In this document: piece after piece, positions 25,447 through 35,126 of the stretch
Layout: the number at the start of each line of letters is the position of its first letter
How positions within the stretch are numbered: position 1 is the first letter of the stretch
From: Dehalococcoidia bacterium
GTDB taxonomy: Bacteria > Chloroflexota > Dehalococcoidia > Lucifugimonadales > UBA3495
Assembly: GCA_030740155.1 (NCBI GenBank)
Contig: JASLXV010000058.1
Coordinates: 1 to 64,000 of the forward strand
Length of the DNA: 64,000 nucleotides
Direction of reading: 5' to 3'
Made by a program: the position numbers and the translations under genes
Notes under the pieces: model-generated
The model's input: the letters and a program-made list of their open reading frames with translations, nothing else
Database searches by the model: none
What the model was told of the DNA's origin: nothing

Positions 25447-25512
25447 ACACAGAGGCATAGAGGACACAGAGAACAAACATAAGTCTCTGTGTCCTCAGTG
25501 TCTCCGTGGCTA
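25447..25512. repeat. Family D palindrome between nuoM and nuoN
   Basis: ACACAGAGGCATAGAGGACACAGAGA ... TCTCTGTGTCCTCAGTGTCTCCGTGG. Confidence 0.75.
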
Positions 25513-25520
25513 ATCAAACT

Positions 25521-27032
25521 CTACGCTCCAAGTATCTCGTTCACGCCGACGTTGATTACCCGCATCAACGGCTCGGGCCACAGGCCCACGAATATCAAGA
25601 TCATCACGAAAGCCCCGCCCACCGCCTTTTCCACGGGGCTGGCGTCGGTGAGATGCTCCCATTGGGTGTCTCCCTCTCCGAAGAAGGCCCGGGCCAGCAG
25701 CCGCAGGATGTAGACGGCGGTGAGGGCGGCGCCGATCACCGCCAGCACCGCCAGGGGCAGGTAGGTACGGAACGCCCCGGTGAACACCATGAACTCGGCG
25801 ATAAAGCCGCTCAGTCCCGGCAGCCCCAGCGACGCCAATCCGGCGATGGCGAAGAAGAAGCTGGTGACCTTCATCCGGCCGAAGAGGCCGTTCAAGACCC
25901 GGATGTCGCGAACGTGTGTCCGGTCATAAATCGTCCCGACGAGCAGGAACATGAGGGCCGTCATGATTCCGTGAGAGAACATCTGCAGGACGGCGCCGCC
26001 CACCCCGATCCGGTCCAGGGTGGCGACGCCCATCAGCACGTATCCCATGTGGCTGACGCTGGAATAGCCGATCACGTACTTCAGGTCGGTCTGGGACATG
26101 GCGGAGACGGCGCCGTAGAGCACGTTGACGGTCCCCAGGCTGATCAACACCGGCATCCAGTTCTCGGCGCCCTCCGGGAGTAGGACCATGCCGACTCGGA
26201 TAATGCCGTAGGCCCCCAGCTTCATCAAGACCCCGGCGTGCAACATACTCACCGCCGTGGGCGCGGCGACGTGGCCGTCGGGGGACCAGGTGTGAAACGG
26301 CCACAAGCCGGCCAGCACGCCGAAGCCGACCATGAACAGGGGGAACACCCAATTCTGGAAATTTTCGCTGAGCAGGCCCTCTTCGGCCAGTGAGCCCAGG
26401 GCCGGCATGGAGAAGGTTGGGGACCCGGCTTCCCCCGCCTCCACGTAGACCGCCAGTATCCCGATCCAGACCAGCACGCTGCCGGCGACCAGGTACAGGA
26501 ACAGCTTCATCGCCCCGTACTCTTTGGTGCGGAGGAAGGTGCCGAAGTCGGTGCTGCTGCCCCAGACGCCGATCAGAAGGTACATGGGCAGGACCGCCAG
26601 TTCGTAGAAGAAGAACAGGAAGAACAGGTCCCGCACCGCGAACACCCCGTAGACGCCCGCGCTCAGGGCCAGCAACAGAACGAAAAAATCGCGCGGCCGG
26701 TGGCGGATGTTCTGGGAGATGAGCACCCCGCCGAACAGGACTATGCCGTTCAGCAAGATCAGTGGCGCGGAGATGCCGTCGATGCCCAGGGAGAAGTCGA
26801 TGTTGAGCGGCGCGTCCAACCATTCGAAGGAGCGCTCGAACTGGAAGCCGCCCACCCCATAGTCGTAGCGGGCGAAGATGACCAGGGACAGCACCAGCGA
26901 CAGAAACGCGACGAAGACCGCGAAACGCCACACCTCCTTGGGCCGGTCGCGGGGCATGAACATAGCCAAGACGGCCCCCAGCGACGGCAGGAGGATAATC
27001 AGGACCAGCGACATCTCGTCGAAGTTGCTCAT
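25521..27032 (-). CDS. nuoM: Complex I subunit M
   Basis: LGIDGIS, FFYELAVLPMY, HTWSPDGHVAAPT, YSSVSHMG. Confidence 0.95.
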   Translation of the reverse strand: MSNFDEMSLVLIILLPSLGAVLAMFMPRDRPKEVWRFAVFVAFLSLVLSLVIFARYDYGVGGFQFERSFEWLDAPLNIDFSLGIDGISAPLILLNGIVLFGGVLISQNIRHRPRDFFVLLLALSAGVYGVFAVRDLFFLFFFYELAVLPMYLLIGVWGSSTDFGTFLRTKEYGAMKLFLYLVAGSVLVWIGILAVYVEAGEAGSPTFSMPALGSLAEEGLLSENFQNWVFPLFMVGFGVLAGLWPFHTWSPDGHVAAPTAVSMLHAGVLMKLGAYGIIRVGMVLLPEGAENWMPVLISLGTVNVLYGAVSAMSQTDLKYVIGYSSVSHMGYVLMGVATLDRIGVGGAVLQMFSHGIMTALMFLLVGTIYDRTHVRDIRVLNGLFGRMKVTSFFFAIAGLASLGLPGLSGFIAEFMVFTGAFRTYLPLAVLAVIGAALTAVYILRLLARAFFGEGDTQWEHLTDASPVEKAVGGAFVMILIFVGLWPEPLMRVINVGVNEILGA

Positions 27033-27042
27033 TCCCCGCCCA

Positions 27043-28962
27043 TCAGGTGGACCTTACCCACCACAGTATGGCCAGCCCCATGGTCCCCAACACCATGGCC
27101 AGCATGTAGCTGTACACGTGGCCGGTCACGTGAAGCCGCAGGGCGTACCCCAGGCGCCAGACGGAGTTGGCTGGTCCGTTGACCGCCACGTCGTTGATGA
27201 CTGCCCGGTCAAAAAGGGCGACGAAGCCAGAGAAGACCAGCACCACCCGGTCCACCACCCACTGGTACACCTCGTCGAAGTAGTACTTGTTCTCCACCAC
27301 CCGGAGCACCGGGGCGAACCGGGACCGCACACCGTCCAGGGAAATGCTTCCCTTCACGTAGACCAGGGAGGCGAACCAGAAGGCCCCCACGGCGAGAACG
27401 ATGGAGACGATGCCAAGCCACCAGTTGAACTCAAAACCGTGCTTCTTTCCGAAGAAGACGAATCCGGCGAAGCCGTCGTAGCTTCCCGGCCAGTTGAAGC
27501 TCAAGAACCCGAACCCCACCGCCAGAACGGCCAGCACCAGCATCGGCACAGCCATCGGCCACGGGGCATCGTGAACGTGTTGAAGCTCTCGCCGCAACCG
27601 GCCAAAGAAGGGTACGAACATGGCCCGGGCCATGTAGAGGGCGCTCATGAACGCCGTAACCAGGGCCAGGACGATAAAGGCCGGGTTTCGGCCCTCCTCG
27701 ACGGCGGCCAGTATCTCGTCCTTGCTCCAGAACCCGGCCAGTACGGGTATCCCGCCGAGGGACAGTGCCCCAATGGAGAAGACCAGGGCGGTCAGCGGCA
27801 TCACCCGCCGCAGCCCTCCCATATTCCTCATGTCCTGGTGATCGGTGCTGTGCATCACGCTGCCGGCCCCCAGGAACAGGAGGGCCTTGGCGAAGCCGTG
27901 GGCCAGCAGGTGGAAAATGGCGGCAGTATAGCCAAAGGCGCCCAACGACAGCATCATCAGTCCCAGGTGGCTGATGGTGGAGTAGGCCAGCATCAGCTTC
28001 AGGTCCGTGGCCACCAGGGCGATGGTTGAAGCCATCAGCGCGGTGGTCAGGCCGACGATGGCCACCACCAGCAGGGCATCGCCATCGTACGCTTCGAAGA
28101 GGGGGAAGGCCCGGGCCACCAGGTAGACCCCGGCGACCACCATGGTGGCGGCGTGGATCAGGGCGCTGACCGGAGATGGGCCCTCCATGGCGTCAGGCAG
28201 CCAAACGTGGAACGGCACTTGGGCCGACTTGCCCATGGCGCCCAAGAAGAGCAGCAAGGCCGCCACGGTGGCGGTTCCTTGGCTCATGGCCCCGGTGCGC
28301 ACCGCCTCGAAGGTATCCGCCATGCTGAAGCTGCCCACCTCCCGCCATAGAACCAGAATCCCAATCAGCAACCCTACGTCGCCGATTCGGGTGACGACGA
28401 AGGCCTTCTTGGCCGCCTCCCGGGCCGATGGCTTCTCGTGCCAGAAGCCGATGAGCAGGTAGGAGCACATCCCCACCAGCTCCCAAGCCACGTAGAGCAG
28501 CAGGAAGTTGTCGGCCAGCACCAGGGTCAGCATGGCCGCCGCGAACAAAGAATGGACAGCGAAGTACCAGCCAAAGCGCGGGTCGCCCTTCATGTAACCC
28601 CAGGAGTAGATCTGCACCATCAGGGCGACGAAGGTGACCAGCCCCAGCATGGACACCGTCAGAGGATCGATGAGCATACCCCATTTGAGCTGTACGCTGT
28701 CGCCCACGCCGGGCAGACCGGCATTGAACCAGGTCCGCTCGTACTGGCAGGTAAGGGCACCCGTGTCCTCGCTGGTAGAACAGTGCTCGGTGGCCGGCCC
28801 GGCATCCAGGAAGCTGCCGAATACCACCCAGAAGACGGCGAAACCGGCGGCGATGGCGAGGATGGCCAGGATAGCGCCCTTGCCGGGCAAGTACCTGCCG
28901 AATGCGACAATAATCGGCGCGGCAACCAAGCTGAAGACCGGTATGAGCCAGGCCCATTCCAT
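27043..28962 (-). CDS. nuoL: Complex I subunit L
   Basis: GKSAQVPFHVWLPDAMEGPSPVSALIHAATMV, GFWSKDEIL. Confidence 0.96.
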   Translation of the reverse strand: MEWAWLIPVFSLVAAPIIVAFGRYLPGKGAILAILAIAAGFAVFWVVFGSFLDAGPATEHCSTSEDTGALTCQYERTWFNAGLPGVGDSVQLKWGMLIDPLTVSMLGLVTFVALMVQIYSWGYMKGDPRFGWYFAVHSLFAAAMLTLVLADNFLLLYVAWELVGMCSYLLIGFWHEKPSAREAAKKAFVVTRIGDVGLLIGILVLWREVGSFSMADTFEAVRTGAMSQGTATVAALLLFLGAMGKSAQVPFHVWLPDAMEGPSPVSALIHAATMVVAGVYLVARAFPLFEAYDGDALLVVAIVGLTTALMASTIALVATDLKLMLAYSTISHLGLMMLSLGAFGYTAAIFHLLAHGFAKALLFLGAGSVMHSTDHQDMRNMGGLRRVMPLTALVFSIGALSLGGIPVLAGFWSKDEILAAVEEGRNPAFIVLALVTAFMSALYMARAMFVPFFGRLRRELQHVHDAPWPMAVPMLVLAVLAVGFGFLSFNWPGSYDGFAGFVFFGKKHGFEFNWWLGIVSIVLAVGAFWFASLVYVKGSISLDGVRSRFAPVLRVVENKYYFDEVYQWVVDRVVLVFSGFVALFDRAVINDVAVNGPANSVWRLGYALRLHVTGHVYSYMLAMVLGTMGLAILWWVRST

Positions 28963-28985
28963 CGGCTAGCAGTCTCTCGCCGGCG

Positions 28986-29017
28986 GCTGATAGCCGATAG
29001 CTGATAGCTGATCGCTG
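28986..29017. repeat. Heptamer tandem repeat (GCTGATA)n between nuoK and nuoL
   Basis: GCTGATA GCCGATA GCTGATA GCTGATC GCTG. Confidence 0.7.
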
Positions 29018-29045
29018 TGGGTTGATCTGCGTATCACTTGCGTGA

Positions 29046-29366
29046 TCACCACCTCATCAGGTCTATTTCGTCTACGTTCACCGTGGAACGGTTCCGGTGC
29101 ATGCGCAGGATGATGGCCAGCGCGAGGCCAACCTCGGCGGCGGCCACGGTGATCACGAAGATCGCGATGATCTGGCCGTCGAAGTGGACGAATTTGCCGG
29201 TGCCGTTGAGGTGGGACGCGGCGGCGATCAGGTTGATGTTCACCGCGTTCAGCATCAATTCGATTGACATAACGATCAGGACAGCGCTCCGCCGGGCCAG
29301 CACACCGTAGAGCCCGATGGCGAACAACCCGGCGCTCAGCAACTGAAATGCCACCAGAGGGACCAT
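29046..29366 (-). CDS. nuoK: Complex I subunit K
   Basis: MSIELMLNAVNIN, VAAAEVGLALAI. Confidence 0.95.
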   Translation of the reverse strand: MVPLVAFQLLSAGLFAIGLYGVLARRSAVLIVMSIELMLNAVNINLIAAASHLNGTGKFVHFDGQIIAIFVITVAAAEVGLALAIILRMHRNRSTVNVDEIDLMRW

Positions 29367-29369
29367 AAG

Positions 29370-29906
29370 TTACCTTTCGTCCCTCCTGGTGCGGGCTATG
29401 AGTATCGCCCCGATGAGGGCCACCAGCAGCACCAGCGACGCTACCTCAAAGGGGATTGCCCACCGGGTGAACAGGGAGTTGGCCAGCTCGGTGAACACCG
29501 GGCTCTGCGGCTCGGTGTCTTCCACCCGCCGGATCCAGAAAGACGGAATCAACACCCCCAGCAGGCCCAGGGCGGCCACCGCCGCCAGGGGCCACTGCCG
29601 GTTATCGGAAATCCGCGGGTATTCAGCGGTACGGGTAAGCATGATGGCGAACAGAAGCACGATGATGATCGCGCCTCCGTAGATGAGCACCTGAACCAGA
29701 GCTAGGAACTCGGTGAACAGGATGAGGTAAACGCCGGCCACCGCGGCCAGAGAAACCAGCAGTGCCAGGGCGGCATGGACCACGTTCCGGGTCACCACGA
29801 CGCCCAAAGCCCCGCCAAGGGTCAATACAGCCAGCAAAATGAATAAAAACCAAGACACGGCTACCGGCCCCAACCAAATAATGAGCCACCGTGACGGCGG
29901 CTCCAA
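29370..29906 (-). CDS. nuoJ: Complex I subunit J (true start probably a little downstream)
   Basis: RNVVHAAL, QVLIYGGAI, PFEVASLVLL. Confidence 0.9.
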   Translation of the reverse strand: MEPPSRWLIIWLGPVAVSWFLFILLAVLTLGGALGVVVTRNVVHAALALLVSLAAVAGVYLILFTEFLALVQVLIYGGAIIIVLLFAIMLTRTAEYPRISDNRQWPLAAVAALGLLGVLIPSFWIRRVEDTEPQSPVFTELANSLFTRWAIPFEVASLVLLVALIGAILIARTRRDER

Positions 29907-29953
29907 CGGGAATCAGTTCCACACAGCGTATCCTTACGGATACCCATCGATTC

Positions 29954-30121
29954 TCACCGCCTCCCGAATATCCTCCTCAAGAATCCTCCGATGCCTCGCG
30001 TTTCATGCCTGGGTCCAATCCGTTTCTTTCTCAAGAACCGCTCGGTGCAATCAACGCAGGTACAGGCCGGAGGGTGCCCTCCGGTCATGTTCCGAACCCG
30101 TTCGTCTTCCCGTCTCGGCAT
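29954..30121 (-). CDS. 55-aa Cys/His-motif protein between nuoI and nuoJ (not in the ORF track)
   Basis: Manual translation MPRREDERVRNMTGGHPPACTCVDCTERFLRKKRIGPRHETRGIGGFLRRIFGRR*, same strand as the operon. Confidence 0.55.
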   Translation of the reverse strand: MPRREDERVRNMTGGHPPACTCVDCTERFLRKKRIGPRHETRGIGGFLRRIFGRR

Positions 30122-30206
30122 GTCCGATACATCATCGACGGCTGCGACGCCCGAAGGACTCGCAAGCCGCCCCTATTCTGCACCACGTCGCAGCCATGGC
30201 CCCGGG

Positions 30207-30788
30207 CTAATCTTCAGCCGCCGCGACCGCCGCGGGGACTTCGCCCTTGGGCTCGGCGGCGGCCGCACTCTCTTTCTTCCGTTTGGCCAGCACCGTGGGA
30301 GCAATCCAGTCTGTCTCCCGCTGGAACTTTTTCCCGGTCTCCAACAGGGCCGGCAAGTCCACCCGGTCACCGTTTCGTTGGCAGGTACTCATCTCGTGCT
30401 CGTGGCTCATCACGATGGCGTCAAAGTTACATACCTCAACGCAAATCCCGCATATTATACACCGGTTCAGGTTGATTTCGAAACTGTCGATGATCTTGCG
30501 CCGGTGGCTCCGGCCGTCTTCCTGGAGCGGGTTGTTTTTCATGTTCGCCGACATGCACCGGGTGGGACAGTTTCGGATACAGACCATGCAGCCGGTGCAG
30601 TAGGGCTCGCCAACCTGGTCATCCCAGGTCAACGCGGGAAAACCCATGAACCGGGGTTGCACCGGTGTCGGGACGCCGGTCCTTTTCCAGAAACGGCCGG
30701 TCTCGGGGTACTGGCGCGTCACAGGCTCCCGCAACCCGTGCAGCGTGGATAGGAGGGTCACCCAGAGACCTTTAATGCTGTATTTCAT
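30207..30788 (-). CDS. nuoI: Complex I subunit I
   Basis: CTGCMVCIRNCP and CIICGICVEVC 4Fe-4S motifs, VTRQYP. Confidence 0.93.
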   Translation of the reverse strand: MKYSIKGLWVTLLSTLHGLREPVTRQYPETGRFWKRTGVPTPVQPRFMGFPALTWDDQVGEPYCTGCMVCIRNCPTRCMSANMKNNPLQEDGRSHRRKIIDSFEINLNRCIICGICVEVCNFDAIVMSHEHEMSTCQRNGDRVDLPALLETGKKFQRETDWIAPTVLAKRKKESAAAAEPKGEVPAAVAAAED

Positions 30789-30830
30789 CGGCCAATCACT
30801 GATCTAAACTCGAATTGATGATTCCGGCTC

Positions 30831-32051
30831 TTACCCGGAGTCCAGCCCGGTCCGGCCTTGCGGGGCCGCACCCTCGGTCTCACCCAATCCAGCCCCCCGA
30901 GCTTGACTCACCCCACGTCCGGAGGTTTGAAGCACTTTTTGGCGGGCCCGCACCTCGGCCACCCGGTGGGCCGGGGCCACCAGGCTGCGGTAAATCAGGT
31001 AGGCCACCAACAGCAGGCCCCCCAGCGACATCAGGGTCAAAGACCAGGCCGGCCAGCCGTAGAACTGGTAAACCGCGGTCATGACAATGGTCAGGAACGA
31101 GAGGGGCACCAGCACCTTCCAGGCGAAGCCCATGAGCTGATCGACCCGCAGCCTGGGGAAGGTGCCCCGCACCCAGAAAATCACCAGGACGACGGCGTAG
31201 GTTTTCAAGAGGAACCAGACGATGCCGGGCAGGACCGGTCCCAACCAGCCACCCAGGAACAGCAAGGTGGTCAGCGCGCCGACGGCGAAGGTGTTGATGT
31301 ACTCGGCCAGGAAGAACACTGCCCAGTGGGCGCCGCTGTACTCCACGAAAGGGCCGCCCACGATTTCCGACTCGGCGTGGTAGATGTCGAAGGGAGTGCG
31401 CCCAACCTCGGCCAGCCCGGCGATGAAGAAAACGACCAGGCCCAGAGGCTGGATCAAAACATAGGGATAACTGCTCTGCCCCGCGTTCAGCGCCGAACCG
31501 GCGACTATCTCCCGCAAATCCAAGGATTGGGCCAGCATGGCCACCACGATGACCACCATGATGACGGGGATCTCGTAGCTGATTAGCTGGGCCGCCGCCC
31601 TCAGTCCCCCCAGAGTCCCGTACTTGTTAGCGGAGCCCCATCCGGCCAGAACCAGGCCGAGAATCCCGATGACGGTGAACGCGACGATGTAGAATAGTCC
31701 CAGGTCCAGGTTTCTCAACACCGCGTCTTCAGACCCCGGAATGGTGACCCAGATCATGAAAGCGGCCAGCATCACAATGACCGGCGCCGCCCAAAAGATG
31801 GCTTTCTCTGAGGAAGACGGAATGATGTCTTCCTTCGCAATCAGCTTGATCGCGTCGGCGATGGGCTGCATCAAGCCCATGGGACCGGTGCGGGTTGGGC
31901 CCAGCCGGCGCTGCAACCGGCCCAGCACCTTGCGCTCCAGCCAGGTCAGCGAGAGTACCACCACTGCCAACGCAACGAACATGGCCAGCAACCCCACCAC
32001 AATCCATCCGGAGGTTGCCAGGCTGACGGCAAGTATTGGTACGGCCGGCAT
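30831..32051 (-). CDS. nuoH: Complex I subunit H
   Basis: ERKVLGRLQRRLGP, QPIADAIKL, AQLISYE, RTPFD..AESE. Confidence 0.96.
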   Translation of the reverse strand: MPAVPILAVSLATSGWIVVGLLAMFVALAVVVLSLTWLERKVLGRLQRRLGPTRTGPMGLMQPIADAIKLIAKEDIIPSSSEKAIFWAAPVIVMLAAFMIWVTIPGSEDAVLRNLDLGLFYIVAFTVIGILGLVLAGWGSANKYGTLGGLRAAAQLISYEIPVIMVVIVVAMLAQSLDLREIVAGSALNAGQSSYPYVLIQPLGLVVFFIAGLAEVGRTPFDIYHAESEIVGGPFVEYSGAHWAVFFLAEYINTFAVGALTTLLFLGGWLGPVLPGIVWFLLKTYAVVLVIFWVRGTFPRLRVDQLMGFAWKVLVPLSFLTIVMTAVYQFYGWPAWSLTLMSLGGLLLVAYLIYRSLVAPAHRVAEVRARQKVLQTSGRGVSQARGAGLGETEGAAPQGRTGLDSG

Positions 32052-33181
32052 CAGCGGTCCACCTCGCCCAGCACGATGTCCAGCGACCCTAGGATCACCA
32101 CGGAGTCGGCCAGCCAGACGCCATTCAGCATGTGCTTGATGGCGGAGAGGTTGCAGAAAGAGGGAGGCCTGATCTTAACCCGGTAGGGCTTGTCGGTGCC
32201 GTCGCAGACTAGGTAAACGCCCAGTTCACCCCGAGGGTTTTCCGTTCGTACGAAGATCTCCCCTTTCGGCGGGCGGATTAGCCGCCGCCCCAGAGAAGAG
32301 GCGACGTTCCCTCCGGGCATCTGCTCCACCGCCTGACGAACGATCTTCAATGACTCGTACATCTCCTGGACCCGTATGTAGTAGCGATCCCAACAATCGC
32401 CGTCCAGCCCGATCGGCACGTCGAAGTCGAAGCGGTCGTAAACCCCATAGGGCTCAGCCTTGCGCAGGTCGTAGGACACCCCGCAGGCCCTGAGGCAAGG
32501 GCCGGTGAAACCGTAATCGATGGCGTCTTCTACGGAGATGGCCCCAACCTCCTTGAGCCGCGCCAGGAATATCTCGTTGAAAGTTAAGAGCCGGTCCACC
32601 TCCGCCACGTCCTCGTGGATTACCGGCAGAAGTGTGGCGATCTGCTCATCGAAGTCTTCCGGCAGGTCCTCCTTCAGACCTCCGATGAGGAAATAGTTGT
32701 GCATAATCCTGGCGCCGGAGACGGCCTCGAAGAGCGCCTGGATGCGCTCTCTCCCCCGGAAGCAGATCATGGATGGCGTCATGGCCCCGGCATCCAGGCC
32801 CATGGTGGCCACGAACAGCAGATGGCTCGCGATGCGGTTCAGCTCACACAGTATGACCCGAATGTATTCGACCCGCTCGGGCACTTTGAGCCCCATCAGC
32901 TTTTCCACGGCCATGCAATAGGCCTGCTCGTTGTTGAAGTTGGCGATGTAATCCATCCGGTCGAAGAGGGTAATAACCTGGTGGAACTGCTCCCCTTCGC
33001 ACAACTTCTCTGAGCCCCGATGGAGATAGCCGATATGGGGCTCCAGGTCCACGATCTTTTCGCCATCAACCCATAGCAATAGGCGAAACACCCCGTGGGT
33101 GGACGGGTGTTGTGGGCCCATGTTGAGCAGCATCTCCAGGGGTTCGCCGCTCGGTTTTGGTTGGCTGCGAATTTCTGCCAT
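32051..33181 (-). CDS. nuoD: Complex I subunit D
   Basis: NMGPQHPSTHGV, GYLHRGSEK, ELNRIASH, C-terminal LGEVDR. Confidence 0.96.
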   Translation of the reverse strand: MAEIRSQPKPSGEPLEMLLNMGPQHPSTHGVFRLLLWVDGEKIVDLEPHIGYLHRGSEKLCEGEQFHQVITLFDRMDYIANFNNEQAYCMAVEKLMGLKVPERVEYIRVILCELNRIASHLLFVATMGLDAGAMTPSMICFRGRERIQALFEAVSGARIMHNYFLIGGLKEDLPEDFDEQIATLLPVIHEDVAEVDRLLTFNEIFLARLKEVGAISVEDAIDYGFTGPCLRACGVSYDLRKAEPYGVYDRFDFDVPIGLDGDCWDRYYIRVQEMYESLKIVRQAVEQMPGGNVASSLGRRLIRPPKGEIFVRTENPRGELGVYLVCDGTDKPYRVKIRPPSFCNLSAIKHMLNGVWLADSVVILGSLDIVLGEVDR

Positions 33182-33297
33182 ATCGAAGAGTTTACTCGGC
33201 GCGTTGAGCGCCAGCTAGGGCCATTCAGGCCCCGATTTTCGATCCAACCGGCGGCTGACCGCCGGGGTGGGCCCCATCAGCCTGGAGTCCGGCCGGG

Positions 33298-33546
33298 CTA
33301 CTCCACGAATTCCAATTGCAACTCCGTATCCTCTTCCACCCCGACAAATCCGGCTTGAGCCAGAGCCTGTTCCAGGCCATCCTGCCCGTCGTGGGTCTCG
33401 ATCCAGCCTCGCATGACGTGGACCAGTTGGTCCTGTGCTTCCCTCACCGTATCCCCCGAGCCCTTCAACGGCAGTTGGTCCACGCTGGCCACGAAGCTGT
33501 CGTTCTCCCAGACCACCCGGGCGGTCAAGACCAACCGTTCCATCAC
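33298..33546 (-). CDS. HicB-like small protein inside the nuo operon
   Basis: Pattern FVASVDQLPLKGSGDTVREAQDQL resembles the HicB N-terminal fold; starts 3 nt after the nuoC stop. Confidence 0.6.
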   Translation of the reverse strand: MMERLVLTARVVWENDSFVASVDQLPLKGSGDTVREAQDQLVHVMRGWIETHDGQDGLEQALAQAGFVGVEEDTELQLEFVE

Positions 33547-33549
33547 CCG

Positions 33550-34071
33550 CTAGAACTCCTGATAGTCGTGGAATGGATACTCTCTCCGGCCGGGAAACCC
33601 GTCAAACCCTTCGTACAGCAAGAGAGGAGTCAAGCCGGGGTGGCCGTCAAACTGCACGCCATAGAGTTCGTGGGCCTCGCGCTCGTACCACTCCGCAGCC
33701 CTCCAGACCGGGGCCACCGACGGCACGCGGGGATCATCACTGGGTACATTGGTCTTGACAACCAGAATCCTTTCCGGCTCGAAGGAACGCAGGAAGTAGA
33801 CGAGTTGGAAATACTCCTCGTAGTCCACGCAGGCCAGGCACAGCAGCTGATGCAATGCCAGCCTGGAGTCCTCCTTGGCCAACCGGCACACCATCGCGGT
33901 GTTCCCAGGTTCGATGGTTATCTGCGGGAGGTCGTGGAGGACGCCGGGCTTCGGATGGAATTCTTTTAACACGTCTTCGGAAACTGCCAGCAGCTTCCGG
34001 TTGGACTGGCTCAGGCTCTGGAATTCAGCCTGAGCCATATCCGATGGCTGGGTGTTACTATTTTCCGCCAC
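33550..34071 (-). CDS. nuoC: Complex I subunit C
   Basis: [38 protein letters not shown] start at 34071 overlapping nuoB end. Confidence 0.9.
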   Translation of the reverse strand: MAENSNTQPSDMAQAEFQSLSQSNRKLLAVSEDVLKEFHPKPGVLHDLPQITIEPGNTAMVCRLAKEDSRLALHQLLCLACVDYEEYFQLVYFLRSFEPERILVVKTNVPSDDPRVPSVAPVWRAAEWYEREAHELYGVQFDGHPGLTPLLLYEGFDGFPGRREYPFHDYQEF

Positions 34072-34591
34072 TCTCTCTGGCGTCCTGCATGATTTTTTCC
34101 TGGAGCTTGAGGATACCGTACAGCAGTGCCTCTGGGCGAGGAGGACAGCCCGGGACATACACGTCCACGGGAATAACGTGGTCTACCCCCATTACCACCG
34201 AGTAGGACCGGTAGTAGGGCCCTCCGTTGGTGGCGCAACTGCCCATGGCGATAACCCATTTCGGCTCGGGCATCTGCTCGTAGAGAAGCCGGATCGGGTC
34301 CGCCATCTTCTTGACCACCGTCCCCGCGACTATCATCACGTCCGACTGGCGGGGCGAGGGCCACGTTACCACGCCGAACCGGTCGAAGTCGTAATGGGCC
34401 ATATAGGTGGACATCATCTCAATGGCACAGCAAGCCAGCCCAAAGCTCAGCATCCAGAGGGAGGACTTCCGGGCCATGGCAAACAACTGATCCGTGGTGG
34501 TGGTGATTACGCCGGGTACCTTTCCGGCCAATACCTGATTCAACAGGGTCGGAGCGGGACGATTTCCCTGTCCCGGAGTCACCTCTGCCAC
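34058..34591 (-). CDS. nuoB: Complex I subunit B
   Basis: [33 protein letters not shown] start at 34591. Confidence 0.95.
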   Translation of the reverse strand: MAEVTPGQGNRPAPTLLNQVLAGKVPGVITTTTDQLFAMARKSSLWMLSFGLACCAIEMMSTYMAHYDFDRFGVVTWPSPRQSDVMIVAGTVVKKMADPIRLLYEQMPEPKWVIAMGSCATNGGPYYRSYSVVMGVDHVIPVDVYVPGCPPRPEALLYGILKLQEKIMQDARESGGK

Positions 34592-34983
34592 TCGAGGGAC
34601 CCCTTCTTCCAGGCGTAAACTATCGCGAAGGAGAGCACGCCCAGGAACAGCATCATGGCGTAGAAAGGGACCGAGTTCGCTTCGGTGATTTTTTGTTCCA
34701 AGAAGATGACGGCCCAGGGGAACAGGAATACGGCTTCCACGTCGAAGATCAGAAAGAGAATGGCGAAGATGTAAAACCGGACGTGGATGTTGGACCATAC
34801 GTACTTGGCGGCGGGGATGCCGCATTCGTAGGAGGTAAGCTTCAACTCGGACCGCCGCCGGGATGACATAACCCGCGACGCCCCGAACATACCACCGATG
34901 GCCGCCACCGCGATGGCCGCGGCGAAAGCAACCGCAGTCCAGTTCTCGGCGAACAGGTCTGCATTGAAAGCTAGGAGGATCAT
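34579..34983 (-). CDS. nuoA: Complex I subunit A
   Basis: [29 protein letters not shown]. Confidence 0.95.
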   Translation of the reverse strand: MILLAFNADLFAENWTAVAFAAAIAVAAIGGMFGASRVMSSRRRSELKLTSYECGIPAAKYVWSNIHVRFYIFAILFLIFDVEAVFLFPWAVIFLEQKITEANSVPFYAMMLFLGVLSFAIVYAWKKGSLEWQR

Positions 34984-35060
34984 ACTGGGGTGAAGTGCCA
35001 CACCTTCGGGGTTGGGTACCCGGCAGTCAACAGGAAATCCGGGGCCGAGACCTTGGAACA

Positions 35061-35089
35061 AATATACATCGGCTGGGGTTTAGTGTCAA
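35061..35089 (-). promoter_or_regulatory. Sigma70-type promoter of the nuo operon
   Basis: Minus strand TTGACA-17nt-TATATT. Confidence 0.6.
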
Positions 35090-35126
35090 TTCAAAATGCC
35101 CGGCATCCACGCTCGCCACGGCCCGG

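Noticed and set aside
32051..34591. Group 4 [NiFe]-hydrogenase instead of complex I
   Set aside because: The large subunit lacks both Ni-binding CxxC motifs (has FDRMDY and LGEVDR) and the small subunit has the NuoB CC pair.
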